This document shows positions 56,001 through 64,000 of a DNA stretch of 64,000 nucleotides, one piece after another. Both the position numbers and the translations under genes were made by a program. The stretch is from Eledone cirrhosa (Eukaryota), in contig OZ024743.1 of assembly GCA_964016885.1 (NCBI GenBank), forward strand, positions 176,018,001 to 176,082,000, in the 5' to 3' direction. Below the pieces are notes generated by a model that did not search any database, was not told the origin of the DNA, and worked only from the letters and a program-made list of their open reading frames with translations. Within the stretch, counting starts at the first letter, position 1. Every line of letters starts with the position of its first letter.

Positions 56001-59000
56001 AGCAGTACCAACAACAGCAGTAACAGTAGTAATAACAGCATTAACATTAGACACAGTAGCAGTAACAACAGCAGTAGTAACAGCAACAGTAGCAGTACCA
56101 ACAACAGCAGTAACAGTAGTAATAACATCATTAACATTAGACACAGTAGCAGTAACAACAGCAGTAGTAACAGCAACAGTAGCAGTACCAACAACCCAGT
56201 AACAGTAGTAATAACAGCATTAACATTAGACACAGTAGCAGTAACAACAGCAGTAGTAACAGCAACAGTAGCAGTAGTAACAACCCAGTAACAGTAGTAA
56301 TAACAGCATTAACATTAGACACAGTAGCAGTAACAACAGCAGTAATAACAGCAACAGTAGCAGTAGTAACAACAGCAGTAACAGTAGTAATAACAGCATT
56401 AACATAGGACACAGTTGCTGTAACAACAGCAGTAGTAACAGCAACAGTAGTAGTAGTAACAACCCAGTAACAGTAGTAATAACAGCATTAACATTAGACA
56501 CAGTAGCAGTAACAACAGCAGTAGTAACAGCAACAGTAGCAGTAGTAACAACAGCAGTAACAGTAGTAATAACAGCATTAACATTAGACACAGTAGCAGT
56601 AACAACAGCAGTAGTAACAGCAACAGTAGTAGTAGTAACAACCCAGTAACAGTAGTAATAACAGCATTAACATTAGACACAGTAGCAGTAACAACAGCAG
56701 TAGTAACAGCAACAGTAGCAGTAGTAACAACAGCAGTAACAGTAGTAATAACAGCATTAACATTAGACACAGTAGCAGTAACAACAGCAGTAGTAACAGC
56801 AACAGTAGTAGTAGTAACAACCCAGTAACAGTAGTAATAACAGCATTAACATTAGACACAGTAGCAGTAACAACAGCAGTAGTAACAGCAACAGTAGCAG
56901 TAGTAACAACAGCAGTAACAGTAGTAATAACAGCATTAACATTAGACACAGTAGCAGTAACAACAGCAGTAGTAACAGCAGCAGTAGCAGTAGTAACAAC
57001 CCAGTAACAGTAGTAATAACAACATTAACATTAGACACAGTAGCATTAACAACAGCAGTAGTAACAGCAACAGTAGCAGTACCAACAAGAGCAGTAACAG
57101 TAGTAATAACAGCATTAACATTAGACACAGTAGCAGTAACAACAGCAGTAGTAACAGCAACAGTAGCAGTAGTAACAACCCTGTAACAGTAGTAATAACA
57201 GCATTAACATTAGACACAGTAGCAGTAACAACAGCAGTAGTAACAGCAACAGTAGCAGTACCAACAAGAGCAGTAACAGTAGTAATAACAGCATTAACAT
57301 TAGACACAGTAGCAGTAACAACAGCAGTAGTAAAAGCAACAGTAGCAGTAGTAACAACAGCAGTAACAGTAGTAATAACAGCATTAACATTAGACACAGT
57401 AGCAGTAACAACAGCAGTAGTAACAACAACAGTAGTAGTAGTAACAACACTGTAACAGTAGTAATAACAGCATTAACATTAGACACAGTAGCAGTAACAA
57501 CAGTAGCAGTAACAACAACAGTAGCAGTAGTAACAACCCAGTAACAGTAGTAATAACAGCATTAACATTAGACACAGTAGCAGTAACAACAGCAGTAGTA
57601 ACAGCAACAGTAGTAGTAGTAACAACCCAGTAACAGTAGTAATAACAGCATTAACATTAGACACAGTAGCAGTAACAACAGCAGTAGTAACAGCAACAGT
57701 AGTAGTATTAACAACCCAGTAACAGTAGTAATAACAGCATCAACATTAGACACAGTAGCAGTAACAACAGCAGTAGTAACAGCAACAGTAGCAGTAACAA
57801 CAGCAGTAGTAACAGCAACAGTAGCAGTAGTAACAACCCAGTAACAGTAGTAATAACAGCATTAACATTAGACACAGTAGCAGTAACAACAGCAGTAGTA
57901 ACAGCAACAGTAGGAGTAGTAACAACCCAGTAACAGTAGTAATAACAGCATTAACATTAGACACAGTAGCAGTAACAACAGCAGTAGTAACAACAACAGT
58001 AGCAGTAGTAACAACCCAGTAACAGTAGTCATAACAGCATTAACATTAGACACAGTAGCAGTAACAACAGCAGTAGTAACAGCAACAGTAGTAGTAGTAA
58101 GAACACTCTAACAGTAGTATTAATAGCATTAACATTAGACACAGTAGCAGTAACAACAGCAGTAGTAACAGCAACAGTAGTAGTAGTAACAACCCTGTAA
58201 CAGTAGTAATAACAGCATTAACATTAGACACAGTAGCAGTAACAACAGCAGTAGTAACAACAACAGTAGCAGTAGTAACAACCCTGTAACAGTAGTAATA
58301 ACAGCATTAACATTAGACACAGTAGCAGTAACAACAGCAGTAGTAACAGCAACAGTAGTAGTAGTAACAACCTAGTAACAGTAGTAATAACAGCATTAAC
58401 ATTAGACACAGTAGCAGTAACAACAGCAGTAGTAACAACAACAGTAGCAGTACCAACAACCCAGTAACAGTAGTAATAACAGCATTAACATTAGACACAG
58501 TAGCAGTAACAACAGCAGTAGTAACAGCAACAGTAGTAGTAGTAACAACCCAGTAACAGTAGTAATAACAGCATTAACATTAGACACAGTAGCAGTAACA
58601 ACAGCAGTAGTAACAGCAACAGTAGTAGTAGTAGTAACAACCCTGTAACAGTAGTAATAACAGCATTAACATTAGACACAGTAGCAGTAACAACAGCAGT
58701 AGTAACAGCAACAGTAGTAGTAGTAACAACAGCAGTAACAGTAGTAATAACAGCATTAACATTAGACACAGTAGCAGTAACAACAGCAGTAGTAACAGCA
58801 ACAGTAGCAGTAGTAACAACCCAGTAACAGTAGTAATAACAGCATTAACATTCGACACAGTAGCAGTAACAACAGCAGTAGTAACAGCAACAGTAGTAGT
58901 AGTAACAACAGCAGTAACAGTAGTAATAACAGCATTAACATTAGACACAGTAGCAGTAACAACAGCAGTAGTAACAGCAACAGTAGCAGGGGTAACAACA

Positions 59001-61748
59001 GCAGTAACAGTAGTAATAACAGCATTAACATTAGACACAGTAGCAGTAACAACAGCAGTAGTAACAGCAACAGTAGTAGTAGTAACAACAGCAGTAACAG
59101 TAGTAATAACAGCATTAACATTAGACACAGTAGCAGTAACAACAGCAGTAGTAACAGCAACAGTAGCAGTAGTAACAACAGCAGTAACAGTAGTAATAAC
59201 AGCATTAATATTAGACACAGTAGCAGTAACAACATCAGTAGTAACAGCAACAGTAGTAGTAGTAACAACCCAGTAACAGTAGTAATAACAGCATTAACAT
59301 TAGACACAGTAGCAGTAACAACAGCAGTAGTAACAGCAACAGTAGCAGTAGTAACAACAGCAGTAACAGTAGTAATAACAGCATTAACATTAGACACAGT
59401 AGCAGTAACAACAGCAGTAGTAACAGCAACAGTAGCAGTACCAACAACCCAGTAACAGTAGTAATAACAGCATTAACATTAGACACAGTAGCAGTAACAA
59501 CAGCAGTAGTAACAGCAACAGTAGCAGTAGTAACAACAGCAGTAACAGTAGTAATAACAGCATTAACATTAGACACAGTAGCAGTAACAACAGCAGTAGT
59601 AACAACAACAGTAGCAGTAGTAACAACCCAGTAACAGTAGTAATAACAGCATTAACATTAGACACAGTAGCTGTAACAACAGCAGTAGTAACAACAACAG
59701 TAGTAGTAGTAACAACCCTGTAACAGTAGTAATAACAGCATTAACATTAGACACAGTAGCAGTAACAACAGCAGTAGTAACAGCAACAGTAGCAGTACCA
59801 ACAACCCAGTAACAGTAGTAATAACAGCATTAACATTAGACACAGTAGCAGTAACAACAGAAGTAGTAACAACAACAGTAGCAGTAGTAACAACCCAGTA
59901 ACAGTATTAATAACAGCATTAACATTAGAAACAGTAGCAGTAACAACAGCAGTAGTAACAGCAACAGTAGTAGTAGTAACAACCCAGTAACAGTAGTAAT
60001 AACAGCATTAACATTAGACACAGTAGCAGTAACAACAGCAGTAGTAACAGCAACAGTAGCAGTACCAACAACCCAGTAACAGTAGTAATAACAGCATTAA
60101 AATTAGACACAGTAGCAGTAACAACAGCAGTAGTAACAACAACAGTAGCAGTAGTAACAACCCTGTAACAGTAGTAATAACAGCATTAACATTAGACACA
60201 GTAGCAGTAACAACAGCAGTAGTAACAGCAACAGTAGTAGTAGTAACAACCCAGTAACAGTAGTAATAACAGCATTAACAGTAGACACAGTAGCAGTAAC
60301 AACAGCAGTAGCAACAGCATCAGTAGCAGTAGTAACAACCCAGTAACAGTAGTAATAACAGCATTAACATTAGACACAGTAGCAGTAACAACAGCAGTAG
60401 TAACAACAACAGTAGTAGTAGTAACAACCCAGTAACAGTAGTAATAACAGCATTAATATTAGACACAGTAGCAGTAACAACAGCAGTAGTAACAGCAACA
60501 GTAGCAGTACCAACAACCCAGTAACAGTAGTAATAACAGCATTAACATTAGACACAGTAGCAGTAACAACAGCAGTAGTAACAGCAACAGTAGCAGTAGT
60601 AACAACCCAGTAACATTAGTAATAACAGCATTAACATTAGACACAGTAGCAGTAACAACAGCAGTAATAACAGCAACAGTAGCAGTAGTAACAACAGCAG
60701 TAACAGTAGTAATAACAGCATTAACATTAGACACAGTTGCAGTAACAACAGCAGTAGTAACAGCAACAGTAGTAGTAGTAACAACCCAGTAACAGTAGTA
60801 ATAACAGCATTAACATTAGACACAGTAGCAGTAACAACAGCAGTAGTAACATCAACAGTAGCAGTAGTAACAACAGCAGTAACAGTAGTAATAACAGCAT
60901 TAACATTAGACACGGTAGCAGTAACAACAGCAGTAGTAACAGCAACAGTAGTAGTAGTAACAACCCAGTAACAGTAGTAATAACAGCATTAACATTAGAC
61001 ACAGTAGCAGTAACAACAGCAGTAGTAACAGCAACAGTAGCAGTAGTAACAACAGCAGTAACAGTAGTAATAACAGCATTAACATTAGACACAGTAGCAG
61101 TAACAACAGCAGTAGTAACAACAACAGTAGTAGTAGTAACAACCCTGTAACAGTAGTAATAACAGCATTAACATTAGACACAGTAGCAGTAACAACAGCA
61201 GTAGTAACAGCAACAGTAGTAGTAGTAAGAACCCTGTAACAGTAGTATTAACAGCATTAACATTAGACACAGTAGCAGTAACAACAGCAGTAGTAACAGC
61301 AACAGTAGTAGTAGTAACAACCCTGTAACAGTAGTAATAACAGCATTAACATTAGACACAGTAGCAGTAACAACAGCAGTAGTAACAACAACAGTAGCAG
61401 TAGTAACAACCCTGTAACAGTAGTAATAACAGCATTAACATTAGACACAGTAGCAGTAACAACAGCAGTAGTAACAGCAACAGTAGTAGTAGTAACAACC
61501 CAGTAACAGTAGTAATAACAGCATTAACATTAGACACAGTAGCAGTAACAACAGCAGTAGTAGTAGTAACAATCCTGTAACAGTAGTAATAACAGCATTA
61601 ACATTAGACACAGTAGCAACAACAACAGTAGCAGTAGTAACAACCCAGTAAAAGTAATAATAACAGCATTAACATTAGACACAGTAGCAGTAACAACAGC
61701 AGTAGTAACAGCAACAGTAGTAGTAGTAACAACAGCAGTAACAGTAGT

Positions 61749-61853
61749 TACAGCAGCCACAGCAACGATAGCAGTAGTACAGCAGTAACAACAGTAATAA
61801 TAACAACAACAGTGAAATTAACAGCAACAGTAACAACAACATTAGCAGTGACA
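61749..61853. repeat. Degenerate compound (AAC/AGC/AGT/AAT)n microsatellite-like tract at the array boundary
   Basis: The last monomer (start 61675) loses register at 61749. The sequence continues as non-periodic ACA/GCA/GTA/ATA triplets for ~105 bp before complex sequence begins. Confidence 0.85.
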
Positions 61854-62085
61854 AGGTCGATATTGGCTACCACGCTATTGTGAACATACGCACAGCTAAG
61901 TTAATTTACCTTTTCAAGCGAAAAGTTAATGACGCAACAGTCAGTGACTATTGAAGCTAAACATGTTTACAGACTAAATGGATGACAGTTGTTTTTGAAG
62001 CAACTTTACTGAACTGTTAGTGGAAGTTGGCAACAGGGCGCCCTGTCATAATTTGGTAGCCGGCTAGATAACATTATTAAGACAA

Positions 62086-62276
62086 GGGCGGTGGATTGGC
62101 AGTATCGGTAGAGGGTCGGACGCCATGCTTTCCCGCATAGTTACGTCCCTTTACGATCTGAGTTCAAATCCCGCCGAGGTTGACTTTGCCTTTCATCCTT
62201 ACGGGGTCGATAAAATAAAGTACCAGTAATGCACTGGTTAATTGCTGGCCTTGTGCCTAAAGTAGAAACAATTATT
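62086..62276 (+). mobile_element. tRNA-derived SINE, copy 1 (Deu/Nin-domain-like, octopus-type)
   Basis: Pol III A-box-like TGGCAGTATCGG (62097-62108) and B-box GTTCAAATCC (62162-62171), then GCCTTTCATCC..GGGGTCGATAAAATAAAGTACCAG, which resembles the Deu/Nin SINE core, and an ATTATT tail. Family assignment is from recall, not from a search. Confidence 0.85.
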
Positions 62277-62283
62277 AAGACAA

Positions 62284-62474
62284 GAGCGGTGGCTTGGCAG
62301 TATCGGTAGCGGGTCGGACGCCATGCTTTCCAGCATAGTTACGTCCCTTTACGCTCTGTGTTCAAATCCCGCCGAGGTTAACTTTGCCTTTCATCCTCAC
62401 GGTGTCGATAAAATAAAGTACCAGTAATGTACTGGTTATTTGATGGCCTTGTGCCAAAAGTAGAAATAATTATT
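62284..62474 (+). mobile_element. tRNA-derived SINE, copy 2 (tandem duplicate of copy 1, period 198 bp)
   Basis: A-box at 62295-62306 and B-box at 62360-62369. Collinear with copy 1 at +198, with about 15 substitutions and no indel by eye. Confidence 0.85.
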
Positions 62475-62476
62475 TA

Positions 62477-62860
62477 GACAAATACCGGGGATTGTCCAGC
62501 CGTTTTCTCTTCGTACTGGTCGCCGTTGAGACCTCAGGCGTCCTCGGACCCCGTACAGATGACCTCCTCCGCAAGTTCGCAACGTCAGTAGCCCGTCTGA
62601 AGAAGGAGCGCAACGATGTAGGGTGGCAGTCACAGCGGGCGTCGCTGGCCATTATCCGCGGAAATGCTTTTGCAGTTTAATTCGCGGCATGCAGCCCCAA
62701 CACCATCACCCTCTCCCCATCTCCCTCCTTTTTTTCTGTGGCCCTAGAGTCCATTCCCTTTCCCAATACGTTGATTGACACCTGTGATGAATGACAACTC
62801 TCCCTCACCACTCTCTAAAACAACAAAAGAAATGAAATAAAACTTTCAAAAGAGAAAAAA
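62477..62860 (+). mobile_element. 5'-truncated non-LTR retrotransposon remnant: C-terminus of a restriction-like endonuclease (CRE-clade-like) ORF plus putative 3' UTR and A-rich tail
   Basis: Frame 62480-62680 reads KYRGLSSRFLFVLVAVETSGVLGPRTDDLLRKFATSVARLKKERNDVGWQSQRASLAIIRGNAFAV*. This fits the KY..F.P.AVET.G..G...QR.S.A..RGNA pattern at the end of CRE-type ORFs. The segment is GC-rich relative to its flanks, and an A-rich tract follows at 62816-62860. The 3' boundary is uncertain. Confidence 0.75.
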
Positions 62861-62874
62861 TGTTTGCATAAGAT

Positions 62875-63074
62875 TGCGAGAGTGGCGGATAAACTGATTT
62901 ATGGTATATGTTTCCGCTTTTTAAGTTCTGAGTTCACATACCGTCGAGGTCACCTTTCCATTTTCTTTTTTTCGAAGTCGATAAAATTAAGTAACGGTCT
63001 TGTACTGGGATCGATATAATCGAATTGCTCGTTTCCCAAATCGCCGGCCTAGTGCCAATAGTAGAAAACATTAT
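62875..63074 (+). mobile_element. Older, diverged SINE of the same family (copy 3)
   Basis: GTTCTGAGTTCACATACCGTCGAGGTCACCTTT...GTCGATAAAATTAAGTAAC...TACTGG...GGCCTAGTGCCAATAGTAGAAAACATTAT aligns to copies 1 and 2. The 5' end is degenerate. Confidence 0.75.
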
Positions 63075-63298
63075 CTACTTATATATATAACCAGCAATTT
63101 CTCTGTCTGTCTGTCCGACAGTGGAAACACGTGCGTAGAGAGAGAGTGAGATTGAAAGAAAGAGACAGACTACGAGAGGGGGATAGCGGGAGGGAGAGAG
63201 TGAATAGACGCTAAAACACGTGCTACAGAAACATTACCTTCCCCTATCCACTGACTTTGGTCACTGAGGCCGAGGGAATCGCGCTGAGCGCGTCATAA
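63074..63298 (+). mobile_element. Putative non-autonomous Helitron-like 5' end and GA-rich internal sequence
   Basis: Begins A^TCTACTTATATATATAA followed by (CTGT)n, the usual layout of invertebrate non-autonomous Helitron 5' termini. No matching CTRR 3' end was found, so the extent is uncertain. Confidence 0.4.
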
Positions 63299-63574
63299 TG
63301 ACGTAATGCAGACAGCCAGACATACAGACAGATATTATAAGGGCGCAACGTTATATCTATGTATCTATCTAAAAAGAAAGACTAAGAATTATATAGAGAG
63401 AACGCTAAATCGCCTAATGCGGTCTCTAGGGCATTGAAAATTTGAAATAATTTTTGCTCAAAACACTCACAGGACCATAAGTATTACATGTCTAAAGTTT
63501 GAAAACAATCGGTTGGATGGTTCTCAAGTTTTAGTGAGCTGACAGACAGACATTCTCTGTTTTAGATATATAGA
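63299..63574 (-). mobile_element. Non-autonomous Helitron-like element, 5' part, minus strand
   Basis: The minus strand reads CTAG^TCTATATATCTAAAACAGAGAATGTCTGTCTGTC...: a TC start, an AT-rich head, then a (CTGT)n microsatellite. Confidence 0.55.
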
Positions 63575-63610
63575 CTAGCAGAAAACTGCCCCCGGGTGAT
63601 TTTCTGCTAG

Positions 63611-63894
63611 TCTATATATATAAAACTGAGGATGTCTGTGTGTGTGTGTGTGTGTGTGTGTGAGTTTGAATCCCTAAAACTAGAGAAGCACCCAACCGGC
63701 TGTTTTCAAATGTAATACTTATGTTTCAGGAAATGTTCTGAGCAAAAAGAATTTCAAATTTCCAATGCCCTAGGGATCGCATTAGGCGATTTAATGATCT
63801 CTCTCTATAATTCTTAGTCTTTCTCTTATTAGATAGATACATACATATAATGTCGCGCCCTTATAATATCTGTCTGAATGTCTGCATTACGTCA
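63611..63894 (+). mobile_element. Non-autonomous Helitron-like element, 5' part, plus strand
   Basis: Reads CTAG^TCTATATATATAAAACTGAGGATGTCTGTGTG..., homologous to the minus-strand copy. Confidence 0.55.
63637..63662. repeat. (TG)13 microsatellite
   Basis: Read directly. Confidence 0.97.
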
Positions 63895-63910
63895 CTTCCC
63901 TGGGGATGTC

Positions 63911-64000
<90 letters not shown>
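63911..64000. repeat. (TG)n microsatellite, at least 90 bp with one interruption, running off the window end
   Basis: Read directly. Confidence 0.98.

Larger units (their letters stand above)
1..61748. repeat. Satellite DNA array, 89/90-bp monomer, ~690 head-to-tail copies, continuing beyond the left window edge
   Basis: The anchor CATTAACATTAGACAC recurs every 89 or 90 bp from position 18 to ~61680, with no inversion or foreign insertion seen. The 90-mer is 10 ACA, 10 GTA, 6 GCA, 2 TTA, 1 ATA and 1 GAC triplets (41 A, 17 C, 17 G, 15 T; no CpG). The 89-mers replace ACAACAGCAGTA with ACAACCCAGTA, ACAACCCTGTA or ACAACCCAATA. Confidence 0.99.
63299..63894. repeat. Long inverted repeat: arms 63299-63585 and 63600-63894, 14-nt spacer
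   Basis: The reverse complement of the right arm aligns with the left arm from TGACGTAATGCAGAC through GATATTATAAGGGCGC and TAAATCGCCTAATGCG to TATATAGACTAGCAGAAAA. Identity is roughly 85% by eye, with small indels. The spacer is CTGCCCCCGGGTGA. Confidence 0.95.

Noticed and set aside
33765-56202. Plus-strand Ser/Asn-rich and Thr/Val-rich ORFs (33765, 38146, 46467, 42847, 51168, 55822 and others)
   Set aside because: They arise from single point variants creating ATG/GTG in runs of 90-mers and recur only because of the block duplications.
1-61748. CRISPR-like layout (constant ~60 bp plus variable ~30 bp)
   Set aside because: The variable parts are alleles of one sequence rather than unique spacers. 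There are no cas genes, and the flanks are eukaryotic transposons.
1-61748. Programmed-frameshift or phase-variable giant repeat protein or antifreeze-like gene using the 89/90 switch
   Set aside because: This would need hundreds of frameshifts. There is no slippery-site context, promoter or unique coding flank, and ordinary satellite turnover explains the pattern. The recurring linked substitutions also argue against the 89-mers being homopolymer sequencing errors.
1-61748. Telomeric repeat (TTAG seed in TTAGAC, CCCTG/CCCAG)
   Set aside because: No TTAGGG or TTAGG tandem units are present.
26-61760. Hundreds of minus-strand ORFs (poly-Leu, Cys/Tyr-rich, or Thr/Val/Ala mucin-like), up to 361 aa
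   Set aside because: The starts are GTG codons shown as M. Four of six frames of the 90-mer lack stops simply because of triplet composition, and the abundant 89-mers shift frame every one to few units. The products are frame mosaics with no non-repetitive domain, signal peptide or splice evidence.
62086-62474. Functional tRNA genes
   Set aside because: A and B boxes are present, but I could not fold a cloverleaf, and the sequence continues into a SINE core and tail.
62436-62652. Minus-strand ORFs of 65 and 60 aa
   Set aside because: These are antisense shadows of the GC-rich retrotransposon fragment, with no recognisable motif.
63575-63610. Rho-independent terminator-like hairpin
   Set aside because: The context is eukaryotic, and this is simply the centre of the much longer inverted repeat.

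Overview
Eukaryotic, gene-free, repeat-dominated window. Positions 1-~61750 are one uninterrupted head-to-tail satellite array of about 690 monomers of 89/90 bp. The 90-bp consensus is TTAGACACAGTAGCAGTAACAACAGCAGTAGTAACAGCAACAGTAGCAGTAGTAACAACAGCAGTAACAGTAGTAATAACAGCATTAACA, built almost entirely from ACA/GTA/GCA triplets. The array runs off the left edge and contains nested block duplications (about 0.9, 1.7, 2.9, 3.0, 4.4 and 8.3 kb). It is layered: a mostly 89-mer left part, a homogeneous 90-mer-rich core, and a more diverged right edge that decays into a compound microsatellite. The last ~2.1 kb is a transposon-rich junction: a 198-bp tandem dimer of a tRNA-derived SINE plus an older third copy (resembling octopus Deu/Nin-domain SINEs, so a cephalopod source is inferred), the 3' end of a CRE-like restriction-like-endonuclease non-LTR retrotransposon, and a ~600-bp inverted repeat of two Helitron-like elements joined through an apparent 3'-end/5'-end junction. 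The hundreds of ORFs in the track are translation artefacts of the satellite, and no real protein-coding gene is supported. I do not see a new multi-gene system. The most notable items are the Helitron-like foldback junction, the triplet-palindromic monomer, and the visible microsatellite-to-satellite-to-higher-order-repeat history.
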